The position numbers and the translations under genes were made by a program. From Octopus bimaculoides (Eukaryota), in the NCBI RefSeq assembly GCF_001194135.2, contig NC_068984.1:91192339-91238470 (forward strand): 46,132 bases of DNA. The letters are read 5' to 3'. Position 1 is the first letter of the stretch, and each line of letters begins with the position of its first letter. The notes beneath the pieces are model-generated. The model was given only the letters and a program-made list of their open reading frames with translations, had not been told where the DNA came from and ran no database searches. Below, in pieces: positions 23,854 to 36,997 of the stretch.

Positions 23854-24747
23854 CTAGCAGAAATATCCAGCGTTGCCTGGATTAAAGAAAATAATGAAAT
23901 TCGAAAATGCCTTTTAGATCTCTAACATGACACATGGATTATGCAGTTCTCAACAGTAATTAGCTGAGGTACAAACTATTAATGTCAATAACATATTTTG
24001 TCCAATGTTCTCACTGTTAAAATTGTTTAAAAAAAAAACAGGTAGTTCTTTGTCTTTNNNNNNNNNNNNNNNNNNNNNNNNNNNNNNNNNNNNNNNNNNN
24101 NNNNNNNNNNNNNNNNNNNNNNNNNNNNNNNNNNNNNNNNNNNNNNNNNNNNNNNNNNNNNNNNNNNNNNNNNNNNNNNNNNNNNNNNNNNNNNNNNNNN
24201 NNNNNNNNNNNNNNNNNNNNNNNNNNNNNNNNNNNNNNNNNNNNNNNNNNNNNNNNNNNNNNNNNNNNNNNNNNNNNNNNNNNNNNNNNNNNNNNNNNNN
24301 NNNNNNNNNNNNNNNNNNNNNNNNNNNNNNNNNNNNNNNNNNNNNNNNNNNNNNNNNNNNNNNNNNNNNNNNNNNNNNNNNNGCACAAAAAATTGAAATT
24401 TTTTTTCTGTGCCTCTGATTAAAATTTTCGAAAAACAAACCCAACCACATTACTTGGAAAAAAATAATCTTTATTGTGCTGGTTTTTCGTAAAATTTCGA
24501 GCATGGGAAAGGCAACAAAATCGCCCCTCTCCACTTTGAATGGGGTATACCTATCTTAAAAAGTAATAATCGATTATCTCGGTAACCATGGGAGTTGGAG
24601 GGCAATAAAAATCTCCTGAACATGAGCAGACCATGCTGCCGCTCTGTGCTGAATTTCACGCGATTCCACTGCACCGTTCTCGAGTGAATCTGCTGACACT
24701 CAATCAATCAATCAAGCAATCAAGAACACTGCAATTTATAGTATAGA
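23854..24747 (-). mobile_element. Non-autonomous Helitron with both canonical ends
   Basis: Minus-strand 5' end A|TCTATACTATAAA (24747) followed by an (ATTG)n tract. 3' hairpin ATCCAG-GCAACG-CTGGAT (23865-23882), then CTAG|T (23854). Inserted in an AT dinucleotide with no TSD. Contains an N gap. Confidence 0.85.
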
Positions 24748-24952
24748 TCAGTATTTTCTGCCTTTTAATATTCTATTAATATAGACAAATCAGAACCACA
24801 AACATTTACAGTATGCAAATTAATAGCCGGGATCAGTCAAATTGATGTAAATGCCTCTGATGAGAATCCAATAAGATTTGAAAATCAATTGAGGTTGTTC
24901 ATCATTTTTTCAATCTACAGAAAATAGCTAAATTAGCCCTGTTTATATTATA

Positions 24953-25625
24953 CTAGCAGGACCCGTGAAAATTTTTACAAAATTAATGGTAAACTTATTG
25001 GGTTATTTATTTCTGAAAACTTTGTCCAAAATACCTGAAAGCGTAATCTGTGTTGTGTCTGTATGGAAAGATAGCCGCCCATCTGCTACTCATTGAAAAG
25101 TGAAAGAAATTGGAATATAATGATTACTTAACGCACTCTATATATACACTTTATATACGTTATGTACAATTTTATAGACTTAATACACAGACTCAAAAAA
25201 TAAATATTTACTCTTATTTTTTCATTTTTCCTATAAGCATTAACCTCACCATCAAAACATAACCCCTCTGCTAAAATTATTATGTTCCCTCTACCTTACA
25301 TCATGGACGCTTCTCTCTCCCTCTTTTTCTCTCTTTCTTTTTCTTTCTCCCTCTTTCTGTCTCACTCTTTGCCTTATTCTCTTTTTCTCTCTCCTCTCTT
25401 TCTCTTCAACTAATCACGTGAAAGCATTACAATTATATTCCTTCTACCTCTCGTCATGGACACTTCTCTCTTCCTCTGTTTCTCCCTCCCTCTCTTTCTC
25501 TAATCATGTGAAAACCTTACTAACGCAATGATAAGTAGAATTATTATGTCTACTATAGAGGTTATTTGTACAGAGACAGACTGTCAGACTGACTGGTGGG
25601 TTGAAAATCAGTATATCTTATATAT
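24953..25625 (-). mobile_element. Second, older Helitron-like element
   Basis: CTAG|T 3' end at 24953 with degenerate hairpin CCCGTGAAAATTTTTAC. CT-rich internal repeats; GACA/GACT tract near the presumed 5' end. The 5' end is not clean. Confidence 0.5.
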
Positions 25626-25906
25626 TTACATGAAGTATAATTTCCATCTGCTTTCTGTTCATGAAAAACCCACAACTGATATCCTATCAATGCCACTGGC
25701 ATTATATTTAAATTGTTTTCTGGTTCATCATCATCATTGTCATTTTACATTTTTTCAATGCTTGCGTAGTTTGGCTGGTTTCCTCCAGCATATGGCATCC
25801 GTCTGCTTATTGCAGTCAGTCCTTTGTCATCTTTTGTGAGGTGCAGCCTTTTGAGATCAGCTTTTACCATTTCTGCTCATTTTTTACTTGAGTGTTGTAC
25901 CTCACA

Positions 25907-26296
25907 TGGAGGCACAATGGCCCAGTGGTTAGGGCAGTGGACTCGCGGTCATAAGATCGCGGTTTCGATCCCCAGACCTGGCGTTGAGTGTTTATTGAGC
26001 GAAAGCACATAAAGCTCCACGAGGCTCCGGCAGAGCATGGTGGTAAACCCTGCTGTACTCTTTCACCACAACTTTCTCTCGCTCTTACTTCCTGTTTCTG
26101 GTGTGCCTGTAATTCAAAGGGCCAGCCTTGTCACACTGTGTCACATTGAATATCCTCAAGAACTACGTTAAGCATACACGTGTCTGTGGAGTGCTCAGCC
26201 ACTTGCACATTAATTTCACGAGTAGGCTGTTCCGTTGATCGGACCAACTGGAACCCTCAACGTCATAAGCAACGGAGTGCCAACAACAACAACAAC
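25907..26296 (+). mobile_element. tRNA-derived SINE, family C, full length with 13-bp TSD
   Basis: A-box TGGCCCAGTGG, B-box GGTTTCGATCCC, (CAA)n tail. TSD GTTGTACCTCACA at 25894-25906 and 26297-26309. Confidence 0.93.
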
Positions 26297-26741
26297 GTTG
26301 TACCTCACACATTGCAACAGAGCAGTCTAACAAGGAACTTCCAAGAGAAAGAAAAGGATTTAGACTGTAGATGAGCGATTTTGCTAGGAGGTCCCAAGAA
26401 AGTAAGTAGAGTTAGTTGTAAAAAAATGGTCTGTAATTTTTAATTTATTTATCATGAAACAGTATTTTGATAGCAACTCATCTGTCAGTAACATCAAGTA
26501 ACACATTATAATGTAGTTATAAGATTAGCCGCTATCTTTCGTATATCATAAACTCTACTGCAAGAAACTATGAGAAGAAAGGATTTTTAATCTATGCAAA
26601 ATAACTAATATTTATATGACTGCAGAATAGATTTTCAGAATCGTTAAGTTTCCCAATATGCCTGTATTCTGTTTCCCATATTTTAAAATTCAATTAAAAT
26701 ATCCTTCACAGTTTTATTTATTTGTTATTTTATTTTTGAAG

Positions 26742-26964
26742 GTACAATACTGTTACTCGACAGTGGAACAACATTGCATCAATGAATACGTCAAGAGCTT
26801 GGCCTGGGGTCACAGTATTTGATGGACGAATATATGTATTAGGAGGTTTTGATGGATCTTGTCGCCTACGAACTGCTGAGATGTATGATCCTGACACAGA
26901 TCAATGGACATATATTAGCAGCATGATTATTCCTCGTGCTGGGTGCAGTGCTGCTGTTGTATAA
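26742..26964 (+). CDS. Kelch-repeat protein, terminal coding exon
   Basis: Acceptor TTTTATTTTTGAAG, phase 2 compatible. Encodes (R)YNTVTRQWNNIASMNTSRAWPGVTVFDGRIYVLGGFDGSCRLRTAEMYDPDTDQWTYISSMIIPRAGCSAAVV*. Confidence 0.96.
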
Positions 26965-27097
26965 ATAAAAAGATCCATTTCAACCACATTTGGACATATG
27001 ACAATGGTCAGTTGTATAAATTAAAATTTTCTGTTGGTTGAATCATGGACAAAAGTGACTTGGAGCAGAATGTAGGTCTGCAGTTGTATAAATAAAA
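26964..27097 (+). terminator. Candidate polyadenylation signals (AATAAA 26964, ATTAAA 27020, AATAAA 27091)
   Basis: Hexamers immediately after the stop codon. The real cleavage site is unknown. Confidence 0.35.
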
Positions 27098-27599
27098 GCC
27101 TTTTCATTAGTGAAATTTTAAAAAAAAACCCCACAAAACATGAAATTCTTTTTCTTTTTGAAATGGAACAATCTTAGCACTTCAACATATCATGCAAAGA
27201 AAAGGAAATTCCATTTATTCCTGAACTTTGGTATAACATTTCATATTATTTTCAATGATATAGTTGCTGTGTTTAAAAATTCACCCACCAGCAGTCTTTC
27301 AAAGCAAAATTTGTCTCTTCTTGAATTGTTTTTTTATTCATAAATTTTTTAAAGGTTTAATTCATGCTAATTTTGTGCCTGCTTTTGTCAGCTTGTTGCT
27401 AAAAATATTAATTCTTTGTATTATGTTTATATCAATACATCTGTATGTTCTTTTATTTTTATAACTAGTAATTCCCTTCTGAAAACTGTATTAGACTGGA
27501 AAAGCTCTTTCATGCTGTAAACTCTTCATGTTAGCTTTTTCTATAGTATTCTTAATAAAGCCCCAAAAGAAAAAAAGAGAACTCTGTTTCAAAAGACTT

Positions 27600-28030
27600 C
27601 ATATTCACTGCCATGTTACATGCAACATTACTTCACATGCCAAATTTATTCAATACATCCCATTTTATCATGTATCTTATCATACTCTGTACCACTTCTC
27701 ATTTTATGCATCACACAACAGCAAAATATATATCACTACTTTTGATAACTTATATCATGTATCACATTACATCAGCATCATTTACTATCTTCTATCATCA
27801 AAATCATTTGAATATCTCATACACCATATTACATATGTCACATTGTCTCATGCAGCATTTTATGTCATTTACTGCATTGCATGTTATTTTAATAATGTAG
27901 AGTATTCCAGCCCATGACATCATATCTATGTACCTCATTCATTATCATGTGCCACATTAAATTATGTTTTCTAGCATAACTTGTTACAACATGTAAAGCT
28001 AATATGTTCCGCCCTATGACATCAATTATT
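27600..28030. repeat. Degenerate CAT/TAT-rich low-complexity repeat
   Basis: Recurring CATATT/TATCAT/CATGT units. Confidence 0.55.
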
Positions 28031-28514
28031 CAATTGAATTTTAAAAATTTGTTTTCATTTTCCTGTATTTCATTTTTCCCCTCCATTACAAACTCTTTAC
28101 ATAACATGATTCCATTTTCAGATCTCTTCTAATTTCTGAATATTAGTGATGTTCAGAAGCTGAAAATACATCATTTATAGTAATTCATATAGAATAAGTA
28201 AATGGAAGTGATTGGGTTATGTTTCACTGTTAATTTTAGGGTAATATGACAGGAGGGTCACAGAACCATGATCTATACTACTATTGAAGGTTTAGTCTCA
28301 GTGTGTGGTGGTTGTTCTCTAGTGTCCTGTACTATAGTTGAAAGTTGACTAATACCTTGTGAGTGATACATATGTATGTATGCCATGCATGCATACATGC
28401 TTGATGATGTGCTTTAATATACAACACATTACCATAAGAATTTGGGCTCAATATTCAAATCACATTAAGTTCCCATACTCCACTATTGCACATTTAACAG
28501 TATATAAAGCTGCA

Positions 28515-28785
28515 TCATCATATCATCATTTAATGTCTGCTTTCCATGCTGGCATGGGTTAGACAGTTTCATTGGAACTGGCAAGCCTGTGAGCTGCACC
28601 AGGATCCAGTCTGACTTTAGCTTGGTTTCTACAGCTGGATGCCCTTCCTAACACCAACCACTCCAAGGGATAGTGGGTGCTCTTTGTGCCACCAGCACTG
28701 GTGCTTTTATGTGTCACTGGCACTGATCACAACTATGGTTTCACTTGACTTGATGAGTCTTCTCAAGAACAGTAAATCAGCTCAT
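28515..28785 (-). mobile_element. RTE-type 3' tail copy
   Basis: CATCATTTAATGTCTGCTTTCCATGCTGGCATGGG...CAGCTGGATGCCCTTCCTAACACCAACC. Confidence 0.8.
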
Positions 28786-29577
28786 TTATATTTGGAATTT
28801 GGCTATAATGTAGAAGAGCCTCAGTAAATTGAAATAATCACAGAAAATAAATTATCGATATTTCATGCCCTTTATTATGATCGTTTTGGTTATTTTTTGA
28901 AAATTATACAAAACCATTTCCTCAGAAAACATTTTCAAAATATTTTGGAAACTATGTCTGATGAAATAATTTTGTAAAAATATATGATTTTAATAAAATC
29001 ATTGAAACAATCAAAATGAAGGTCTTAGAATATCAATAATTTGTTTTTTTGTGATTATTTCAGTTCCATATATTTCAATGTGTGTCTTCACTGATTGTAA
29101 ACAAAAGCCTCAGGGTTCACTTGCTGTTTGTTTGCAGTTCACTGCAAAAGCAAATTGGGGCTTCTTGACATATTGCATGATCTTTGGAAACAAAAGACTC
29201 ATTCAAATGGTGTTATTTGTTTTGAATTCTCTGTGTGCCCGTGTCCAGGTTGTTCATTGTTCGATTGATTGGAGTATTATTATCTTGCTTGAAAGCAAGT
29301 GAGGGTTGGCAGCAAGAAGAGTATTTGGCCATATAAACCTCTATCCCAATATAGTCCCATCTGACCTATGCAAGCATGGAAAATTAAACATTAAAATGAT
29401 GATGGTCTATAGAAGGATATGTATAGGAGACATAAAACTTATTTACAGTTTTGTAGCATTAATGTATGCTTCAAAATGCTAATGAATGAAAGATAAATCT
29501 TTTTCTCTCTGTGCAAAAGATACCAGTCTACTGGAGGTTATATTTCCAAGTATTTGGTGATATTCCCAACAAACTGT

Positions 29578-29599
<22 letters not shown>

Positions 29600-29622
<23 letters not shown>

Positions 29623-29825
29623 TTCTTTGTCTGTGTTTGTCCCCAAACACTGCTGGACAACTGGTATTGGTGTGAATATGTACCCATAATGCAGCAGCTT
29701 GGCAAAAGCAACCAAAAGTATTAGGCTTAAAAAAATAAGTACTGGGGTCAATTCATTTGACTAAAATTCTTCAAAGTATTGTCCAACATGGCCACAGTCT
29801 AATGACTGAAAGAAGATAAAAGGTA
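29600..29825 (+). mobile_element. SINE family A, 3' half
   Basis: Homology to 15120-15332 and 33800-34015. Confidence 0.75.
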
Positions 29826-30399
29826 AATGTAATGAAACAGCAACGAATGTGTTTTGCTAAGAAACAACCAAAAACCTGTAGGAAATTTGAACCCAGATTC
29901 TTTGAGCAGATAAAGTCCAATATTTTATCCACTTAGCTACCTTGCTTCTGCTTACACAAATACAAATTTTTAGAACTAAAACTATAATTAAATTTGATAT
30001 TCATTATTTTCAGGGTGTTAATATGAGTGAAAGGATTGGGTCTGAGTAAGAGCTCAACCATAGATGCTTCACATTAAGAGTTTACCTGTTCTTTACTCTT
30101 TAAAACAAACATAATTATTGAAATTATCTCTAGTTGTTGTTGTCCCTGGCTATCCTTGATTGAGCAGTCCTGTGCTGTGCAGGTAATCAATTGAATGACA
30201 AAATGCAACCCACAAGTCTAGTTATACCATGTCTCTATCTAACTGAAGACTATACAACATACTATCGCATGTTGTGATAAATTTGATAGAGAGAAATATG
30301 ATAATATAGACATATTGTCTTCATTAGTCAGTTTATATCTGCACACCATAAATTCTAGTAGTAGTTACATTGAAAGCAAACTCCTCTGTATGTATTGTT

Positions 30400-31230
30400 G
30401 ATGAGCATCCTGGCATAGTTTAGGGTCAGTGAGACCATAGATGTTGCCATTATTTATGTGTGTGTGTATAAAACCTGTTATGGTGTGAAGTGTGCTGTTT
30501 AGTATTGTTTGTAGTTTATTGTAAAAAGACTGAGGCCCAGGCAAAACTAGCTTTGTTCATGATGGATAATTGTATTATTTATATTATGTATACTCCATTG
30601 GTGTTGACTAAATGTGATACTTGTGATTGCCCTATGTTTGTACATTGTTTTGCTTTCTTTGTTATGTCTTCTATGTGTTGTGAATGTAGTGAAGGGATGT
30701 CTGTAACTCCTAGTAGTTCTGTTTTCTGTGTGTGTGGTATGTTTCTGTTCTTGAGTATGATGGTTGGTTGTATTTCTCCTCTGGTGCTGCTGGTAAGAAA
30801 CAAGACAATGGATGTAGTCGGTGCTACTTTAAGTCTGTTGTTGTAGCACTGAGTTTCTTGATTTAAAATAGTGTTGAAATAGTTGTGCAGCAATGTCTGT
30901 GGAATAGTAAGAGGATGTGAAAGTAATGCTATCTGCATATGAGGCTGTCAGTGTGTGGAGATGCAGTATAAGTCATGTAGGTATAAATTAAAAGAATGGG
31001 CAAGAGTGCAGATCCCTTTAGTACACTGCTCAGAAAATTGATTTTCTGATGTAGTTAGCAGTTAGAATGGTACACTCAGGATGCTTTTTCTTGTTGGAAG
31101 TTATCATGTATTTTCTATGTAATATTTTGCTATAGTTTCTTAAATGTCAAGCTTGAAATTATTGAACAGGTAAAGTACTGGTCACTGTGTGTTTCCCTTA
31201 ATATTTCTGATTTCAGTATTATGTTTCAAA
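30400..31230 (-). mobile_element. Decayed I/Jockey-group LINE RT fragment
   Basis: The minus strand gives KGSALLPIL (cf. QGSVLSP), SYADSITF (cf. YADD) and ORF 30579-30938 (NNRLKVAPT..IV...IPHTQKTELLGVT...HIEDITKKAKQ). Clade is tentative. Confidence 0.7.
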
Positions 31231-32184
31231 GAAAGAGGCTTAAAGTAAGTGAGGACAATATATGCGTGTATGCATGAACAAAAATAAACATTAGTAAATT
31301 ATTGTTCTATGTATGGCTACTCCAAGGGTCAATGTTGTATATTACAAAGGTAAAACAAAAATGTTTTGAAAATGGATATATAAAAAATGACTGTATTTGC
31401 TCTCTCATATTTGACCCCAAGACATATATTGCATTCAAAATATCAAACAATCTTCTTCAAACTACTGTAGAAATTGTGTGAACATCTGTCTCTGGTTTTT
31501 TCCACAGAGTAATTCGACATTACTTTGCCCTAAAATGCCCTATGTGGCTATTATCTAAAAATGAGTTTATAAAAAAATGATTAATTATAAAAAATTTTCG
31601 TATGTGATACTCTTGGAACTCTAGAGTCCAAAATGGGAAGATTAAAGATTGATCATAATCAGTTTTAATCAGAGGGAAGTAGTATTAAGCTATGTACATA
31701 TCTTTGAAACATACACATACACACAGTACAACGACCCTTTTTTTTACCTTCTGCCAGCATTCTTGGATCATGAATAAGCAAGTATTAATATCATTCAAAG
31801 AATATACAACCAATAAATCTTATAAACGTTTCATTGGAGATAGAATGCAGTTCCATTATACTAGTTAAAATATTGAGTCTTTAGCAAGGACAACAATATT
31901 TGCATTAGTTTTTCTTTGGTATGTTTGCACATACACCATTTGAAACAACTGATTGTTAAGATGTTTCTTTTTTACCATACTGTCAAAAGATAATTCTGAG
32001 CTGCTTCTATGAGGTCCACAATCACTACTTTCAGACTTCCATGTTTTAAGTGTCAAATAAGTTATGTTCTTTTCAGTTGTCTTAATTCTAATATTTAATA
32101 TCTTTCATTTCATCTGTTGTGAAAGTTGCTACAGGATAAATTGATAAAATGCCATCTTGCTGACTATAGTTTATATGTTGTCAT

Positions 32185-33205
32185 TGGAAATGTGAAAGAT
32201 CTGTCCACCTCAGCAAAAATGAGGTCCTAAATGCATATCATAAATGTTTATGGCCCTACAGCCAATGTGTACTTGTCAAGCTTTCTTCACAACCCATCTC
32301 CATCACACCCATCTCTCCATTCCAGCAGTGGCACTATTTACATGAGAGTAGAACTGCATATATTTCATTCCCATCTTTTGTGCAACCAGTTCTCTTTCTC
32401 CTTGGAACCATTATACTTGTTACCCACCCTGTATTCCTGATATCATCTCTTACCACTTTATTTTCCATTAAATGCCCTTTATATTTATCTCCAATCCCAA
32501 CCACTTGTTTGTCACTTACTATATTGACCCCTATGTACCTCTAACCTCTGCCACTGTATCCTTCTCTCTCTCTCTCCCCACCACTTCACATCATTTCCCT
32601 ATTTCTCATTATACTGTTGCTTTCCACTGCCCTCACCCACCCCTATGTATTGCCACTTATTACCTGCCCCCCCCCCNNNNNNNNNNCACAAATGAGATTA
32701 ATCATTGACCATTTCTCCACCTGTGTTCACCATTCACTACACTCATCTCTGTCCCCATCTCTAACTATCTTCTACCTCGCAAACCTACTCTCCAGCTATC
32801 TTCATTTTCTTTTTTTGTCCTTATTTATCTTATATTTACTTTCTTGTACATTAAGAGTATGCCCTGACACCTCATCTCCATCATCCTTTCTCCCTTTTCA
32901 GCTGTTCTAGCCATGTATCTACTCCACAGCAAGATACCTGTTCCTGTTCTCTCTCATGCTTTCGCCTCTGAATACCTGACACAAAGCCACCTGCTCTCCC
33001 ACTCAGCTGAGGAGCCTTGTCTTGCAAGTTTCTTGATCTCACTAGTGCCAGTGTCACAAAAAAAGCATCCAGTGTATTCTAAGGACATCTAGCTATAGAA
33101 ACCCTACTAAAGCAGACATTGGAGCTCAGCACAGTCCTCCAGCTCATCTGATCTTATCAAACTGTCTAAGCTGTGCCAGTGTGGAACAAAGACATTAAAT
33201 GATGA
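32185..33205 (+). mobile_element. RTE long CT-rich 3'UTR plus tail (third copy)
   Basis: Homologous blocks to 15530-16395 and 9117-10130. Ends ACATTAAATGATGA. Confidence 0.65.
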
Positions 33206-33619
33206 AATGACACAATCAACATTGCCTTAGATGTACAGTAGGTAACACAGGCACTATATGACAGATTGGCTGGTGTTTTATGACTTGGATTTGTAACACA
33301 TGCAATGGTAGACATCCTGTTAAATATGTCAGTGATGCTAATGTTGTTGTTTTGTGCTAGGTGAGGCCTGAATGAGCTGACTTTTTTGCATTTTATTTCC
33401 AGTAGTGTCCATAGGACTATTTTATTTAATGTATGCTTCCAGTTTCAAGATGACGGTGTGTGATTTGAGGAAAGTTTGTCTGTTATTTCTTGCAAGTTGA
33501 AAAATTACACAGGGAGACCCTTCATTGACTCCTTCCTGATATAAACTGAGTCATTAGGTTAACAACCAGTTGAGAAATCCGCAGTCTGTATTTTGTCAAT
33601 GGAACTACATCTTATCTTA

Positions 33620-34015
33620 AATAGCAAGGTGTGGCTGTGTAGTAAGAAGTTTCCCAACCACATGGTTCCAGGTTCGTTCTCACTGCATGACACTTTGGGC
33701 AAGTGTGTCTTCTATAATCTTGGGTCACTTGAAGCCTTTTGAGTGGATTTGGTAGATGGAAACTGAAAGAAGCCTGTCATATATATCCTATGTGTGAATG
33801 TGCTTTTTTGTCTCTGTTTGTCCACCACTGCTTGACAACAGGTGTTCATGTGTTCACATCCTTGTAACTTAGCAGTTTGGCAAAAAATTATCAATAGAAT
33901 AAGTACTAGGCTTTAAAAAAATAAGTACTGGAATGGATTAGATTGACTAAAATTCCTTAAGACTGTACCTTGGCATGGTTGCAGTTTAATGACTGAAACA
34001 GGTAAAAAAAATAAA
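33620..34015 (+). mobile_element. SINE family A, full length, older
   Basis: Collinear with 14936-15332. Confidence 0.85.
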
Positions 34016-34372
34016 AGATGGCTTGAAGAGGGATGGGTTTTATCAAGCAGAATTGTCTCAGATACACTTTGTGAAAGTAAATGCTTCTGAAGAGGAATTG
34101 CTTTTGAGATTAACTTGGTAGCATAAAGGAATTAGTGATAGGTGACTGATTGAAAAGGTCACCAAATTGATACTTATAAATTATGCTTTGACACCTTACG
34201 AACATTGCAGTTTCCATGTGAAAGATATTTTCATTCATTTGCCCTTTGAGTGCTTGAGGAATGGATATTAGTTCCCTTTATAAGAGAATTGTTACTGATG
34301 GGAAATCTCATATTTGAAGAATACATTTAAATTTCTAAGTTTTACTTCTTTCCTAACTATATCAGTAGTGAT

Positions 34373-34761
34373 TGGTTGGTTGGCACTCTGTCGGTTACGA
34401 CGACGAAGGTTCCAGTTGATCCAATCAACGGAACAGCCTGCTCATGAAATTAATGTGCAAGTTGCTGAGCACTCCACAGACACGTGTACCCTTAATGTAG
34501 TTCTCGAGGAGATTCAGTGTGACACAGAGTGTGACAAAGCCGGCCCTTTGAAATACAGGTACAACAGAAATAGGAAGAAAGAGCGAGAGAAAGTTATGGT
34601 GAAAGAGTACAGCAGTGTTCGCCACCATCCCCTGCCAGAGCCTCGTGGAACTTTAGGTGTTTTCGCTCAATAAACACTCACAATGCCTGGTCTGGGAATC
34701 AAAACCGTGATCCTACAACCACGAGTCCGCTACCCTAACCACTGGGCCATTGCGCCTCCAC
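34373..34761 (-). mobile_element. SINE family C, full length with 12-bp TSD
   Basis: Reverse complement of 25907-26296 with a (CCAA)n tail. TSD ATCAGTAGTGAT at 34361-34372 and 34762-34773. Confidence 0.93.
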
Positions 34762-36230
34762 ATCAGTAGTGATAAAAGGAAAACAACAAGCAAATCAAAT
34801 GTGTCCCTAATATGTTGCTGTCAGTTTGATTTCAAAAAGAAAAGTATGTTTTATATGACAGCTATACAGAAGTGGTTAAGGAATCACTTGTGAGATGTCT
34901 AAACAAGAAACATACTTATATTATGCAAAACTTTCTGATCATTTTCTTAGCTTTGTAAATTATAATATTGACAAACTTAGCTGTAAGCTAAAAATATATC
35001 TTTTCATTAAGACATATGAGTGTCAGCTGTTCAATTGGTTTTCAGAAAAATGAGTTGTTTATTATAAATGTATCAAAAGTAGTAGCAATAAGAACATTTC
35101 CTTTTGTAATATGTAACCTAAAAATTTAATGGGATTAGACTAAGTCATTTGTAGAAATTTAAAGTTCTGACGTTTAACTGAGGGCATACCATTAATCTAT
35201 ATAGTTATTAAGAAATATCTATGGGTTGAAGAAAGAGTATACTTAATGAATCCAAGTTTACATCGAAATATAAAACAATCATGCTCAGACATAAAATAAC
35301 CATCAACAAATTGAGAAAAACACAATGAGCTTGTACATTATAACCAATTGTCAAATATTCATGAACTTATGTAGGTGTATCAAATCACAGACTATTTCCA
35401 GTCTAGAAATAAATGTATGTTCTTCACAACTTTCACACACCTCTTTCATCTCCATCATCATCCATAACCAAATTCATTATCAGTACCATTGTCAAAAATA
35501 ACTTTTGTCCAATATTCTTACAATCACTGTCATGTTTTGTTTCTGTTGATTATCAGCATGAGGAAAATAATTATTCTCAATGCCACTAACACATTGATCA
35601 AGTTTATTTTCCCATATCAGCCCTGGTTACCATCAGAAGCAAAATGAACACTACTTGCTCTGGTTGTTACATTGATCTTCATATTGCTGAACACATATGT
35701 ACTAAGGAACAGCTGAAGTTCACCATATGACAGACATAACTGTTGTTTGTCTACTCGAGTAGAACTCTGACTGGAGTTACTGAAAAAGGAACACACTCTT
35801 CAATCATCATTGTCAATGGCATCATCATCCATTTAAGCTGAATCCCAATTTATTTACTGTTTCTTATTGAATATTGAAATGCTTCCTTCATTTCAGTTCA
35901 GTACAAACTATTATTTTTAAAGACAAATACAGCAAAGAATTTCTATGAGTAAGAACTGTTATCATTTCATAATCACATTTAAATGTTTCACTTTAATTAT
36001 TATCATTTTGTGAGAGTAAAATGATCAAGTGCTTAAAATATAGCTTGTGGTTTATGAGACAAAGTCCATTGCAAGTGTTTCATTGTCTTTCAGTGTACCT
36101 CAGTTCACGTAGTTATTGGAGATCCAGTATAAGAACTTGAGAGAATAGTTTGAGTTGCAACAGGAAAACTTTGTTATCTACTTAATGTAGCAGAAACTAG
36201 AAGTATGTATTTATTTCAAAAAAGAAGAAA

Positions 36231-36600
36231 AAAGAAAATGGAGATAAGGTTGATAATTGTTTATTATTAACAAATCGGTCATCTTCACTTCTTACAGCCA
36301 TTTCAATTAATACTCAATAATTTAATTACAAGTTTGTACAGTAAATTAACATTTATGTGACATGAGTATAATTTCATCAGAGTCTGCTGAAATGAATTGA
36401 TAGGCCCACATATAACATCCAAAGATACATCTTTTTTTTTCTCTGAAGAAATTATACTCATGTTACATAAACGTAAATTTAATGTACAAATTTGTAATTA
36501 AATTATTGAGTATTAATTTGAAACAGCTGTAAGAACTGAAGATAACCGGTTTGTTAATAATAAACAAGTATTAACTTCCTTATCTCCATTTTCTTTTCTT
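36231..36600. mobile_element. Palindromic (foldback) MITE: about 155-bp arms, about 58-bp spacer
   Basis: 36231-36382 (AAAGAAAATGGAGATAAGG...CATGAGTATAATTTCATCAGAG) is the reverse complement of 36441-36600, roughly 85-90% identical by eye. Confidence 0.85.
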
Positions 36601-36712
36601 TTAAATAAATATAAACAATATGCTTAACATATACCCCAAAATACTAGGTATTGAACCAGTATTTCCTTGAATGCAACCATCCCTTCACAAGGTTAACATA
36701 TCCTCTAATCAA

Positions 36713-36714
<2 letters not shown>

Positions 36715-36805
<91 letters not shown>
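36715..36805. repeat. (TA)n(CA)n microsatellite
   Basis: Direct inspection. Confidence 0.95.
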
Positions 36806-36935
36806 CGATGACCATCCTTCAGTTTCTATCTACCAAATCCACCCACAAGGCTTTGGTTGGCTCAAGGCTATAGTAGAAGATACTTGCCAAAAGTCCAATG
36901 CAGTGGGACAGAACTCAGAACCATGTGGTTGGGAA
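36804..36935 (-). mobile_element. SINE family A, 5' part
   Basis: Homology to 8240-8360. Confidence 0.8.
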
Positions 36936-36997
36936 GTTAAATATATATCTGGCCATACAGTGATCAATGGTTTTGTATCCATAGATGTCTTGTCAGT

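Noticed and set aside
25907-25985. tRNA gene calls for A/B-box sequences (also 14940, 34700, 41980)
   Set aside because: They are SINE heads with bodies, tails and TSDs, and form no complete cloverleaf.
18424-26964. Assigning a specific KLHL or IPP gene symbol
   Set aside because: Four Kelch blades alone do not let me identify the orthologue without a search.
31865-32105. Minus-strand open frame of about 80 aa
   Set aside because: No recognisable domain and no convincing acceptor.
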